The notes beneath the pieces were generated by a model. It was not told where the DNA came from, ran no database searches, and worked only from the letters and a program-made list of their open reading frames with translations. From an uncultured Alphaproteobacteria bacterium (lineage in GTDB: Bacteria > Pseudomonadota > Alphaproteobacteria > HIMB59 > GCA-002718135): a stretch of 56,737 nucleotides of DNA. The position numbers were made by a program, and so were the translations under genes. The DNA lies in the NCBI GenBank assembly GCA_902589095.1, contig CACIRR010000002.1, positions 1-56,737 of the forward strand. The letters run 5' to 3'. Shown in pieces: positions 10,104-20,026 of this stretch (its first letter is position 1; each line of letters starts with the position of its first letter).

Positions 10104-11077
10104 TACCAAAAGAACTGTCCATTAATTCCGTAGAGCAAGTTTATAAAAACATTAAGCCCTTTATTAATGTTACACCTTTAATTAAAGCTAATAAAATAAT
10201 TGATGAAACTTTTAAAACTAATATTTTTTTAAAATTTGAATGCTTTCAAAAAAGTGGATCATTTAAAGCAAGAGGAGCAACTAATAATATTCTATCTAGT
10301 GATAAAAAAGATCTTCAAAATGGAATTACTGCAGTAAGTGCAGGAAATCATGCAATAGCAGCTTCTTACGTATCAAATATTTTTAAACTTAAAAATAAAA
10401 TTTTTCTTTATGAATCTGCAAATCCTTACAGAGTTAATATTTGTAAAAATTATGGAGCTAATATTTTATTTACAAATGCTAATAATGCTTTTGATGAAGT
10501 TAGGAATGCAGAAAAAGATGGTTATAAATTTATACATCCATTTGATGGCACATATACTTTGCAAGGATCAGCTACTTTAGGTTTAGAAATTGCAAATCAA
10601 ATTAAAAATTTAAATACTACAATTGATAATATTTTTATTTCAGTTGGAGGAGGTGGTTTAGTAAGTGGTATAGGCTCAACTTTAAAACAAATTTTTCCTC
10701 ATATTAATATTATAGGTGTTGAACCTATTGGTGCGAAAGGAATGACTGATAGTTTAAAAAAAAATGTACCACTAGAAAAAGTTGAAATTGATAGTATTGC
10801 TGATAGTTTATGCGCACCTCTACATATGCCATATTCATTTGATGTAGCAAGTAAAGTAATCGATCAAATGATTAATATATCTGATAAAGATATGATTGAA
10901 TCAATGAAATTTGCTTTTAAGAATTTAAAATTATTTCTTGAACCTGCTTGTGTGGCTGGTTTTGCAGCTTTAAAAAAAATGAATTCTTCAAAATTTATTA
11001 ATCAAAATACTCTAATTTTATTATGTGGTTCAAACATTGACACTCAATCTTGGAAACAAATGATTAAAACTTCTTAA
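10100..11077 (+). CDS. PLP-dependent serine/threonine dehydratase family protein
   Basis: FQKSGSFKARGA PLP-lysine motif and a GGGGL glycine loop. 325 aa with no ACT regulatory domain. Confidence 0.75.
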   Translation: MIPKELSINSVEQVYKNIKPFINVTPLIKANKIIDETFKTNIFLKFECFQKSGSFKARGATNNILSSDKKDLQNGITAVSAGNHAIAASYVSNIFKLKNKIFLYESANPYRVNICKNYGANILFTNANNAFDEVRNAEKDGYKFIHPFDGTYTLQGSATLGLEIANQIKNLNTTIDNIFISVGGGGLVSGIGSTLKQIFPHINIIGVEPIGAKGMTDSLKKNVPLEKVEIDSIADSLCAPLHMPYSFDVASKVIDQMINISDKDMIESMKFAFKNLKLFLEPACVAGFAALKKMNSSKFINQNTLILLCGSNIDTQSWKQMIKTS

Positions 11078-11128
11078 TAAATGTTTTCTTTTGTTTTATT
11101 ACCAGAACTTTCTAACATTCATTAAAAT

Positions 11129-12079
11129 ATGATTACACGTAATAATAATATAAAAGCAATTGTATTAATAATAATAGGTATGTTTGTATTTTCTATACAA
11201 GATGCCCTAATCAAAATTATATCTGACTCAATAAACATTTATGTAATTTATTTAGTACGATCTATTGTAGGGTTGTTGGCTATTTTTGCTTACTGTAAAT
11301 TTAAAAATATTAAAATTGTATTCAAAACTCATTATCCATTAATTAGTATTTTGAGAGTCACTGGATTTTTTCTAGGATTTAGCTTATATTATTTTTCATT
11401 ATCAAAAATTTCTTTGCCTGAAGCCGTCACTCTTTTTTTTGTTAGTCCCTTTTTTGTTACAATTTTTTCTAAATTTATAATTGGAGAAAAGGTAGGTATC
11501 TACAGATGGTGCGCAATTTTAATTGGCTTTTTGGGTGTATATTTAGTTTTGAATCCTGATTTTAATGATTTTAACATTTACAGCTTATTTCCAATTTTAT
11601 GTGCTTTTTTTTATGCGCTTACTGTTGTTATACAAAAAAAAACATCTGATAAGGATTCATTATTCACTCAAATAATTCACACTTATTTATCAGCTATATT
11701 ATTTTCAATTATAATATATTTTGTAATACAAAATTTAACTTTTACCTCTTATCAAGTATCAGAATACAAATTTGTACTCATGAGTTGGGAAATACCTAGT
11801 TTATACTTTCTTTCAATACTCTTAATTATTGGATTTACAGGTGTTATTGGTTTCTTTTCTTTATTTGGAGCATATCGTATTGGCTCTCCATCAACTATTG
11901 CACCATATGAATATAGTTTAATTATTTGGTCAATTATTTTTGGTTACTTTATTTGGAATGATTATTTAACACTTACTGGTTTTGCTGGTTTGTCGTTAAT
12001 ATTAGTTGCAAGTTTTTTTACTTTGTTACGTGAGTACCAATTAAGTATAAAAGTGAATTTAGATAAACCATTAAGATAA
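11129..12079 (+). CDS. DMT/EamA family transporter
   Basis: 316 aa with about 10 TM segments in two repeated halves, typical of EamA domains. Confidence 0.75.
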   Translation: MITRNNNIKAIVLIIIGMFVFSIQDALIKIISDSINIYVIYLVRSIVGLLAIFAYCKFKNIKIVFKTHYPLISILRVTGFFLGFSLYYFSLSKISLPEAVTLFFVSPFFVTIFSKFIIGEKVGIYRWCAILIGFLGVYLVLNPDFNDFNIYSLFPILCAFFYALTVVIQKKTSDKDSLFTQIIHTYLSAILFSIIIYFVIQNLTFTSYQVSEYKFVLMSWEIPSLYFLSILLIIGFTGVIGFFSLFGAYRIGSPSTIAPYEYSLIIWSIIFGYFIWNDYLTLTGFAGLSLILVASFFTLLREYQLSIKVNLDKPLR

Positions 12080-12171
12080 TTCTTAACAACTTATCAACAA
12101 ACATATTCACAATAAAATTAAATTGATGTTTTTTTTGTTTGATAATTATTTTTTTACAAACTATATTTAAA

Positions 12172-12288
12172 TTACTTATTACACGCAAAGGTAGTAAGCA
12201 AATTAAATAAGGGAAACTTTATTTAGTTTGTATCGGGAGGAAATGCACGATACATAAAAAAGACCTAGCTTGCTGGGTCTTTTTTTTT
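12172..12288 (+). ncRNA. candidate small structured RNA or cis-regulatory leader (class unknown)
   Basis: Consecutive hairpins: 12214-12218/12225-12229, 12230-12235/12248-12253 (GTATCG/CGATAC), and a terminal GC-containing hairpin plus T8. It lies in an unusually long 243-nt spacer with no ORF. Confidence 0.3.
12261..12288 (+). terminator. rho-independent terminator
   Basis: AGACCTAG(CTTG)CTGGGTCT forms an 8-bp stem with one G-U pair, followed by TTTTTTTT. Confidence 0.65.
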
Positions 12289-12322
12289 GTCAAAATTTAA
12301 TTTTTTAATATAAAGCGTTTTT

Positions 12323-12904
12323 GTGTCTATTTTAAAATATGAAATAATTCTTGATTTGTTCTTAAACAAACTTATCCCAGACACTAAAAAATCCGTTTCT
12401 AAAGGTAATAAAATTTTTGGAGCTTTTATAATTAAAAAAGAAGATTTAAGTTTTACTATATCTGGGACAAATAATGAGAAAGAAAATCCGTTATTTCATG
12501 GGGAAATTTCAACAATTATTAATTTTTTTAAATCTAAAAATTTAAATCCAAAAGAATATTTATTCATAAGCTCTCATGAACCTTGCTCAATGTGTTTGTC
12601 AGCAATTACCTGGAGTGGCTTTGATAATTTTTACTATTTTTTTCCTTATTCTGATACAGAGTCTAGTTTTAATATCCCCCATGATTTAAAAATTTTAAAT
12701 GAAGTTTTTAATATTAATAATGGTGAATATAATAATGATAATTATTACTGGAAAAGCCATTCAATTCTAGAATCTATTAATAAATCAAAAGATCCAGATA
12801 AAGAAAAGCTTTTAGAAAAAGCACAAAAAATTAGAGATCAGTACGAAAATTTATCAGAGCTTTATCAATCTTCTAAAAATTCAAATAACATCCCTCTAAA
12901 TTAA
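12323..12904 (+). CDS. cytidine/deoxycytidylate-deaminase-fold zinc enzyme (nucleobase/nucleoside deaminase-like)
   Basis: H-x-E (LFHGEIS) and PCxxC (EPCSMCLSAI) zinc-binding motifs of the CDA fold. GTG start and an extra helical C-terminal tail. Confidence 0.7.
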   Translation: MSILKYEIILDLFLNKLIPDTKKSVSKGNKIFGAFIIKKEDLSFTISGTNNEKENPLFHGEISTIINFFKSKNLNPKEYLFISSHEPCSMCLSAITWSGFDNFYYFFPYSDTESSFNIPHDLKILNEVFNINNGEYNNDNYYWKSHSILESINKSKDPDKEKLLEKAQKIRDQYENLSELYQSSKNSNNIPLN

Positions 12905-12940
12905 TTGAATATTATCAAAAATAAGTATAAATAACAATTA

Positions 12941-13080
12941 ACGGGAGATACTGTTTATATACAGAGCCGAAGGAGCAACGACCCGGAAACTCTCAGGCAA
13001 AAAGGACCGTTAAAATAAAAATCTGGAAAAGAGATTATTCTCTACCGAAGGAGTAAAAACTCTCAGGTAAAAATACAGAG
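12941..13080 (+). promoter_or_regulatory. tandem glycine riboswitch (two aptamers)
   Basis: Aptamer 1 is ACGGGAGA...GCCGAAGGAGCAA...CUCUCAGGCAAAAAGGACCGU. Aptamer 2 is CUGGAAAAGAG...ACCGAAGGAGUAA...CUCUCAGGUAAAAAUACAG. It sits directly upstream of gcvT. Confidence 0.9.
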
Positions 13081-13101
13081 AGGGCTTAGACAGGAGAAAT
13101 T

Positions 13102-14214
13102 TTGACTGAAGAAGCTCTACAAGATATTTATTTAAATAATTTTCACAAAAATAATAATGCTAAGTTTGTGCCTTTTGCAGGCTATCATATGCCAATAAAT
13201 TATAAAAGCGGAATTATTAATGAACATATTCATGTCAGAACTCATTCAGGTCTCTTTGATGTTTCGCACATGGGGCAAATCTTAATTCCTTTAACTAACG
13301 TAAATATTCTTGCTTTAGAAGTTTATATTCCATTAGATATTAAGTTATTACAACCCAATAAGTGTCACTATTCATTTATTTTAAACTCACATGGGGGGGT
13401 TGTTGATGATATTATGTTATCAAAGATCAAAATTGAAGCTAAGGAATTTATTTACATTGTTTATAATGCATCAAGAAAAAAAGTTCTTAATGAAATATTT
13501 AAAAAAACAATTGTAAATTATAAAATTATTCAAGATAGATGTTTGATTGCCTTACAAGGTCCAGATTCATTTTCTGTGATTAGCTCAATACTAAACTTAT
13601 CCTCTTCAATGAAATTTTTAGATATTGAAATATTAGAATATGAAAATACTAAAGTTTTTATTTCTCGATCTGGTTATACAGGTGAAGATGGTTTTGAAAT
13701 ATCTATATTAGACAATATTGCTGAAAATTTTGTTCAAAAAATTATACAAAATAAAAATACAATTTTATGTGGTTTAGGATGCAGAGACTCCCTTAGAATG
13801 GAGGCGGGCCTTAGTTTATATGGAAATGAATTAAATGAAGATATTAATCCAATACAAGCAGGTTTATCATGGGCTTTAGATAAAAGTAGACTTAAAGATA
13901 AAAACTTAAACTGTTTCCAAGCATTATCAGAAGAAATAAATACATCTCAATCCATCAAAAGAATTGGAATAAGTCCTGTAAATAAAAGTATGTTGCGCGC
14001 TCATATGACCTTGCATAATGAAAATAATGAAGAAATTGGAAAAATTACTAGTGGTTGTTATTCTCCAATTCTAAAAAAATCAATTGCCATAGGTTATATA
14101 AATAAAACTTTGGATATGTCAGAAAAATTATTTGTTAAAATTCGTGATAAACTAGAAGAAATTCAAATTGAGAAAATTCCATTTGTTAAAAAAAATTATA
14201 AAAAAGGAGATTAA
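13102..14214 (+). CDS. gcvT: glycine cleavage system aminomethyltransferase T
   Basis: FDVSHMGQ, SRSGYTGEDGFEI and RDSLRMEAGL motifs. TTG start follows an AGGAGA SD. Confidence 0.9.
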   Translation: MTEEALQDIYLNNFHKNNNAKFVPFAGYHMPINYKSGIINEHIHVRTHSGLFDVSHMGQILIPLTNVNILALEVYIPLDIKLLQPNKCHYSFILNSHGGVVDDIMLSKIKIEAKEFIYIVYNASRKKVLNEIFKKTIVNYKIIQDRCLIALQGPDSFSVISSILNLSSSMKFLDIEILEYENTKVFISRSGYTGEDGFEISILDNIAENFVQKIIQNKNTILCGLGCRDSLRMEAGLSLYGNELNEDINPIQAGLSWALDKSRLKDKNLNCFQALSEEINTSQSIKRIGISPVNKSMLRAHMTLHNENNEEIGKITSGCYSPILKKSIAIGYINKTLDMSEKLFVKIRDKLEEIQIEKIPFVKKNYKKGD

Positions 14215-14216
14215 TA

Positions 14217-14587
14217 TGTCTGAGAAAAAATATACCGAAGAACATGAATGGGTCAAATTAGAGGGTGATACAGCAATTGTAGGCATTACTGACCATGCTC
14301 AAGAAAGTTTAGGTGACATTGTTTTTGTTGATTTGCCAGCAGTTGGTAAAGAAGTAAAAGCAAAAGAAGAACTGTGCGTTATTGAGTCCGTTAAAGCTGC
14401 ATCAGATATTTATTCACCGCTTGATGGTGAAGTATTAGAAGTAAATGAAAATCTCTCAAATGACGCATCAATTGTTAATCAAGATGCTGAGAACGAAGGA
14501 TGGATTTTCAAATTAAAAGTTTCAGATATTGCTCAAGTTAATAATTTGATGACATTGGATCAGTACAAAGAATTTTTGGATAAATAA
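14217..14587 (+). CDS. gcvH: glycine cleavage system H protein
   Basis: YTEEHEWVK N-terminus and lipoyl-lysine motif ESVKAASD. I prefer the ATG at 14217 (AAGGAGA SD) over the track start at 14168, which overlaps gcvT. Confidence 0.93.
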
Positions 14588-14588
14588 T

Positions 14589-17441
14589 ATGATCAATATA
14601 AATTCATTTGCAAGCAGACATATTGGACCACGAAATGACGATATTGCAGCAATGCTAAAAGCTGTTAACTGTGAAAGTCTTGATGAATTAATTAAAAAAA
14701 CTGTTCCTGAGCATATTTTATTTACGGATAAGTTAAAATTAAAACCTGGCATGTCTGAAGATTTCAATAAAGTAAATATGCAGTTATTATCTTTAAAAAA
14801 TAAATTTAAAAAAACTTATATTGGTCTTGGTTATCATAATACTATTACTCCTAGTGTAATTCTAAGAAATATTCTTGAAAATCCTGGGTGGTATACTGCA
14901 TACACACCATATCAGCCTGAAGTGTCCCAAGGTCGCTTAGAAATGCTTATGAATTTTCAGCAAATGATTATTGATTTAACTGGCATGGATATTGCAAATG
15001 CATCATTATTAGATGAAAGTACTGCAGCAGCTGAAGCAATGATGATGGCCTATAAAATTAAAAAAAGTAAGCAACATACGTTTTGTATTCAAAATAGTTG
15101 CCATCCTCAAACTTTATCTGTTCTAAAAACAAGAGCCAATCCTCTTGGAATAAAAATTATTATTGGTCAACCTGATGAAGATACTTTTGGTTGTTTAATA
15201 CAAAATCCTGATACTTACGGTGAGATAGAAAACCTAGATAAATTGATTTCAGATAATAAATCTAAGAGTATTATCAGTGTAGTTGCAGCTGACATTATGA
15301 GCATGGTTATAATGAAATCACCAGGATTTTATGATGCTGATATAGTTATAGGCAGTTCTCAACGATTTGGTGTCCCTATGGGATTTGGTGGTCCTCATGC
15401 AGCGTTTTTTGCAACAAAAGATGAATATAAAAGATTAATGCCAGGTCGATTAATCGGCGTGTCCGTTGATAGAAATAATAAAAGATCTTATCGAATGGCT
15501 CTTCAAACTCGCGAGCAACATATACGAAGAGAAAAAGCAACCAGTAATATTTGTACTGCGCAAGCTTTATTGGCAATTATTGCTGCAGCTTATGCTATTT
15601 ATCATGGTCCTGAGAGATTAAAAAATATTGCTATAACTATTAATTACAATGCTCGATATCTTAAAAGATCATTAGAAAAATTAGGTTTTAATATTTTATC
15701 TCGTCGATATTTTGACACTCTAGTTATTGAAGATAATAAGGCTAAAGACTTGTTTAACAAATCAGTTGAGGAGGGTATTAACTTTAGATTAATAGATGAC
15801 AAAACGCTCTCTTTGACAATTGATGAAACGACAACTCTTGAAGATATTGACAATTTGATCAACTTTTTCAATACTGAAAACAAAGCGTTGGATGCAAAGA
15901 ATGTTGAAGAAAATCTTGATGTAATTTTTAAAGAAGATGATTTACTAAGAGATGATAAGATCTTAACGCACCCCATATTTAATATTTATCATTCTGAAAC
16001 AGAAATGATGAGATATTTAAAAAAATTAGAAAATAAAGATATTGCACTTAACAGATCTATGATTCCTCTTGGGTCATGCACTATGAAGTTAAATGCTGCT
16101 TCAGAAATGCTGCCTATAACTCTTCCAGGATTTGCAAATGCTCACCCATTTTTAGAAAAACATCAAAGAGAAGGTTATAATCAAATGATTAGAGAGTTAA
16201 TTTCGATGTTAAAAGATATAACTGGCTTTGATGCTATATCTTTACAACCCAATGCTGGTGCACAAGGAGAGTTTGCAGGATTACTTGCTATTAAAAAATA
16301 TCATGAAGCTAATAAGCAAGGTGAAAGAAATATATGTTTGATACCTAATAGTGCTCATGGAACAAATCCAGCGAGTGCGCAAATGTGTGGTATGGAAGTT
16401 TCTATAGTAAAATGTGATAATTTAGGGAATGTTGATTTAAATCATTTGGATGAAAAAATTAAAGAAGCTGGTAATAAATTAGCAGCTCTAATGATTACCT
16501 ATCCATCTACGCATGGGGTTTTTGAGGAGTCAATCTCAATTATCTGTGAAAAAATTCATAATGCAGGAGGCCAGGTTTACATGGATGGTGCTAACTTAAA
16601 CGCCATGGTAGGAATTGCCAAACCGGGAAAATTTGGACCTGATGTTTCACATATGAATCTTCATAAAACTTTTTGTATTCCCCATGGTGGTGGAGGTCCT
16701 GGCATGGGGCCAATTGGTGTTAAATCACATCTAGAAAATTTTTTACCTGGCCATCCCATTGTTCAAAATGAACTAGGACTAACCAGTTTAGATGCAGTAT
16801 CTGCAGCTCCGTGGGGCAGTCCTGCAATTTTACCAATTTCTTATTCTTATATTTCAATGATGGGCGACGAAGGTTTAAAACTTGCAACACAGGTAGCAAT
16901 CCTAAATGCTAATTATGTTAAGGAAAAATTAAAAAAATATTTTCCACTTTTATATTCTGGCAAAAATGGAATGGTTGCTCATGAATGTATAATTGATATC
17001 AGGCCTATCAAAGAAGAGTTGAATATATCAGAAGAAGATATTGCTAAAAGACTTATTGATTATGGTTTTCATGCACCAACAATGTCTTTTCCTGTGCCTG
17101 GAACTTTAATGATTGAGCCAACAGAAAGTGAGTCGAAAGAAGAAATAGATAGATTTTGTACTGCAATGATATCTATTCATAGAGAAATTGAAAAAGTTCG
17201 TAATGGAACGTATGACTCTGAGGACAATCCAATAAAAAACTCACCTCATACAATAGAAGAAATTTCCTCTGATAATTGGGATCATAAATATTCAAGAACA
17301 GAAGCAGTGTTTCCTCACTCATATCTTTATAATAATAAATATTGGTCACCAGTTGCAAGAATTGATAATGTCTATGGTGACAGAAATCTTTTTTGTGTAT
17401 GTCCACCTATTGAGGATTATGAAGACGTATCAAATGCCTAG
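14589..17441 (+). CDS. gcvP: glycine dehydrogenase (decarboxylating), single-chain P protein
   Basis: 950 aa. YTPYQPEVSQGRLE and the PLP-lysine region NLHKTFCIPHGGGGPG are present. Confidence 0.95.
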   Translation: MININSFASRHIGPRNDDIAAMLKAVNCESLDELIKKTVPEHILFTDKLKLKPGMSEDFNKVNMQLLSLKNKFKKTYIGLGYHNTITPSVILRNILENPGWYTAYTPYQPEVSQGRLEMLMNFQQMIIDLTGMDIANASLLDESTAAAEAMMMAYKIKKSKQHTFCIQNSCHPQTLSVLKTRANPLGIKIIIGQPDEDTFGCLIQNPDTYGEIENLDKLISDNKSKSIISVVAADIMSMVIMKSPGFYDADIVIGSSQRFGVPMGFGGPHAAFFATKDEYKRLMPGRLIGVSVDRNNKRSYRMALQTREQHIRREKATSNICTAQALLAIIAAAYAIYHGPERLKNIAITINYNARYLKRSLEKLGFNILSRRYFDTLVIEDNKAKDLFNKSVEEGINFRLIDDKTLSLTIDETTTLEDIDNLINFFNTENKALDAKNVEENLDVIFKEDDLLRDDKILTHPIFNIYHSETEMMRYLKKLENKDIALNRSMIPLGSCTMKLNAASEMLPITLPGFANAHPFLEKHQREGYNQMIRELISMLKDITGFDAISLQPNAGAQGEFAGLLAIKKYHEANKQGERNICLIPNSAHGTNPASAQMCGMEVSIVKCDNLGNVDLNHLDEKIKEAGNKLAALMITYPSTHGVFEESISIICEKIHNAGGQVYMDGANLNAMVGIAKPGKFGPDVSHMNLHKTFCIPHGGGGPGMGPIGVKSHLENFLPGHPIVQNELGLTSLDAVSAAPWGSPAILPISYSYISMMGDEGLKLATQVAILNANYVKEKLKKYFPLLYSGKNGMVAHECIIDIRPIKEELNISEEDIAKRLIDYGFHAPTMSFPVPGTLMIEPTESESKEEIDRFCTAMISIHREIEKVRNGTYDSEDNPIKNSPHTIEEISSDNWDHKYSRTEAVFPHSYLYNNKYWSPVARIDNVYGDRNLFCVCPPIEDYEDVSNA

Positions 17442-17445
17442 CTAA

Positions 17446-18474
17446 ATGATTTATTTAAATTTACTTTTAGTTTTCATTTGTATTGTATTTATTCATGAGT
17501 TTGGACACTATCTTTTTGCAAGAATTTTTAAAGCTGAAGTAACAGATTTTTCCATAGGCTTTGGTAAGCCAATATTTAAATTTACTGACAAAAATAATAC
17601 AGTATGGAAAATTTCTCCTATACCTCTTGGAGGATATGTTAAAATTAAAGGTTTAGATTCTGTTTTTCAAAAAAGTTCAAATGAAGAACCAGGCTCTTTT
17701 CAATCTTTAAAGTTATATCAAAAGATATTAATTCTTCTTGCTGGTAGTATTTTTAATATATTTTCAGCTTGGATAGCTTTGTTTTGCATTTTCTTTTTTT
17801 TTGGTATTGCTACATTTGCCCCTATAATTGGAAACGTTCTAGATAATTCTCCTGCTAAACTGAATGATTTAAGAGTTAATGATATTATTATTTCTGTCAA
17901 TGATAATGAAATTTTTGAATTTAGTGACATACCAATTGCTTTAGGAGACGCTGAAGAAATCTCAATTATTGTGCAGAGAAATTCTCAATTAATTGAAAAA
18001 AAATTTAAATTACAATTTAATGATGAGATAAACAGATATGTAATGGGAATTTCAAGTAATAATGACCCAATAATTTATAAATTTAATATTTCTAAATCTC
18101 TTCAGAATTCGTTCCAATTTATTCCAACTTATTATTCAGCTTCAATTAATTTCTTAAAGCAATCTTATGAAGACAATACATTGGGTGAGCAATTAGCTGG
18201 ACCAGTTGGAATTGTTAAAATGGCTGATCAAATGATGTTAGATAAGGTTAGAGGGGTAATTTTTCTTTTTATTGTTATATCTTTATTCGTAGGTGTCTTT
18301 AACTTGTTACCAATTCCCCTTTTAGATGGTGGTCATATTGTTTATTTTGTAATAAGCAAAATCTTTTCCAATTCTCTACCAGAGTTAGTCACAAGAATTT
18401 ATATCGCTACAGGTTTAACAATCATATCTTTTTTATTTATTTTTGTTACATTTAACGATATTTTTTATAAATAA
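17446..18474 (+). CDS. rseP: RIP metalloprotease RseP (site-2 protease, M50)
   Basis: HEFGHY zinc motif in TM1, an internal PDZ-like segment, and NLLPIPLLDGGH near the C-terminus. Confidence 0.85.
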   Translation: MIYLNLLLVFICIVFIHEFGHYLFARIFKAEVTDFSIGFGKPIFKFTDKNNTVWKISPIPLGGYVKIKGLDSVFQKSSNEEPGSFQSLKLYQKILILLAGSIFNIFSAWIALFCIFFFFGIATFAPIIGNVLDNSPAKLNDLRVNDIIISVNDNEIFEFSDIPIALGDAEEISIIVQRNSQLIEKKFKLQFNDEINRYVMGISSNNDPIIYKFNISKSLQNSFQFIPTYYSASINFLKQSYEDNTLGEQLAGPVGIVKMADQMMLDKVRGVIFLFIVISLFVGVFNLLPIPLLDGGHIVYFVISKIFSNSLPELVTRIYIATGLTIISFLFIFVTFNDIFYK

Positions 18475-18485
18475 ATATTAACGAA

Positions 18486-18872
18486 ATGAGTAATATGTCT
18501 AATTTTAATAAAGTTAAAACTTTTATGAATACCTATGGGCAGGAGGTTAAAGATAAGCCAGAGTTTCCTAATTCTAAAATAGTCCAGTTAAGAATTGACT
18601 TAATTCAAGAGGAATTAAACGAGCTAAAAGAAGCAATAAATGACAAGGATATTGTTGAGGTTGCAGATGCCTTAACTGATATTCTATATGTTACTTATGG
18701 AGCTGGTCATTCATTTGGTGTTGATTTAGATAGCTGTTTCGATGAGGTTCAACGATCTAATATGAGTAAATTAGGTGAAGATGGAAAGCCAATTTATAAT
18801 GAGCATGGAAAAGTAATGAAAGGTCCTAATTATTTTGCACCAAATTTAAAAAGAACTATTGGATTAGATTAA
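18486..18872 (+). CDS. MazG-like all-alpha nucleotide pyrophosphohydrolase family protein
   Basis: 128 aa. The EELNELKEA ... EVADALTDILYVTYG pattern resembles the MazG/HisE-like helical NTP-PPase fold. Confidence 0.5.
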   Translation: MSNMSNFNKVKTFMNTYGQEVKDKPEFPNSKIVQLRIDLIQEELNELKEAINDKDIVEVADALTDILYVTYGAGHSFGVDLDSCFDEVQRSNMSKLGEDGKPIYNEHGKVMKGPNYFAPNLKRTIGLD

Positions 18873-20024
18873 ATCTAAAGCCTTATTTAAGGCAATTTTC
18901 AAATCTTCTGGATCTTCAATACCTATTGATAACCTGACAAGAGAATCACTAATTCCTAAGTCTTCTCTAATGTTTTTTTCAATTGAGGCATGAGTCATAA
19001 TAGCTGGATGCTCTATCAAACTTTCAACACCACCTAAACTTTCTGCCAATGTAAAAATATCTATGTTTTCTAAAAACTTAAGAGTGCCTTTTAAGTCTGA
19101 GTCTAACTCTACTGAGATAATCCCACCAAAACCTTTCATTTGCTTGCTTGCTATCTTGTGATTATTGTCTGTATCCAAACCAGGATATCTCACTTTTCTT
19201 ATTTTTTTATGATTATTTAAAAACTCACTGATAATCATAGCATTCGAATTATGACGCTCCATCCTGACTGCAAGCGTTTTAATACTTCGAATGAGCATAT
19301 AACAGTCAAAAGGTGAGGGTACGGATCCAACAGCATTTTGCAAATATTTAATTTTTTCTGATAAATGGGGATCATCTTTAATAATTACTGCACCACTTAT
19401 TAAATCAGAATGACCTCCAAGATATTTAGTAGAAGAATGAACGACAACATCAGCGCCTAATTTTAATGGTTGCTGATTATATGGAGATGCAAAGGTATTA
19501 TCACATACTATTTTTATATTTTCATTTGAAATTTCTGATTTTATTTTACTGATATCAACAATTTTAAGTAAAGGATTAGAGGGCGTTTCCAACCAAATCA
19601 TTTTTGTGTTTTTTTGAATGAGACCAGGCCAATTATCTTCTTTATTAAAATCAGTATAAGTAACTTCAATATTTTGATTTACATTTTTCACCTTATCAAA
19701 AATCCTTCTAGTGCCGCCATAAACATCATCAGAACAAATGATATGAAATTCTTTTTCCATTGCATCTGTTAAGCAATTTATTGCTGCCATTCCTGATGAA
19801 AAAGCAAAAGCATCTTCTCCTTCTTCTATTTCAGCTAATAATTTTTCTAATATTTCTCTGGTAGGATTATTAGTTCTCGCATATTCATACTTAAAATCAC
19901 CAGGACTTTTTTGTTTAAATGTTGATGATAAGTGTATTGGAGGCATTACAGCTCCTGTCTCTGTATCTTCTTTATGTCCGCTATGAATTACTTTGGTATT
20001 GAATAATTTATTTTTTTTACTCAT
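18864..20024 (-). CDS. Cys/Met-metabolism PLP enzyme (cystathionine gamma-lyase/beta-lyase type)
   Basis: 386 aa. PLP-lysine motif HSSTKYLGGHSD and a C-terminal RLSIGIEDPEDL. Confidence 0.8.
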   Translation of the reverse strand: MSKKNKLFNTKVIHSGHKEDTETGAVMPPIHLSSTFKQKSPGDFKYEYARTNNPTREILEKLLAEIEEGEDAFAFSSGMAAINCLTDAMEKEFHIICSDDVYGGTRRIFDKVKNVNQNIEVTYTDFNKEDNWPGLIQKNTKMIWLETPSNPLLKIVDISKIKSEISNENIKIVCDNTFASPYNQQPLKLGADVVVHSSTKYLGGHSDLISGAVIIKDDPHLSEKIKYLQNAVGSVPSPFDCYMLIRSIKTLAVRMERHNSNAMIISEFLNNHKKIRKVRYPGLDTDNNHKIASKQMKGFGGIISVELDSDLKGTLKFLENIDIFTLAESLGGVESLIEHPAIMTHASIEKNIREDLGISDSLVRLSIGIEDPEDLKIALNKALDLI

Positions 20025-20026
20025 AT

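Noticed and set aside
12080-12322. Possibility that the long spacer hides a tRNA, tmRNA, SRP RNA, or a known riboswitch (purine, preQ1, TPP, ZTP, guanidine-II, fluoride).
   Set aside because: None of the conserved core sequences I know for these RNAs is present. The region is kept only as an unclassified structured-RNA candidate.
14168-14216. Upstream start for gcvH given by the ORF track (overlaps gcvT by 47 nt).
   Set aside because: The ATG at 14217 is preceded by AAAAGGAGA at correct spacing and gives the canonical GcvH N-terminus. The extension (MRKFHLLKKIIKKEIN) is gcvT sequence read out of frame.
18486-18872. MazG-like gene as a sign of a prophage or phage-derived island.
   Set aside because: It is flanked by rseP and the sulfur-metabolism operon with 11-nt and overlapping junctions. 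There are no neighbouring phage structural, integrase or att-like features.
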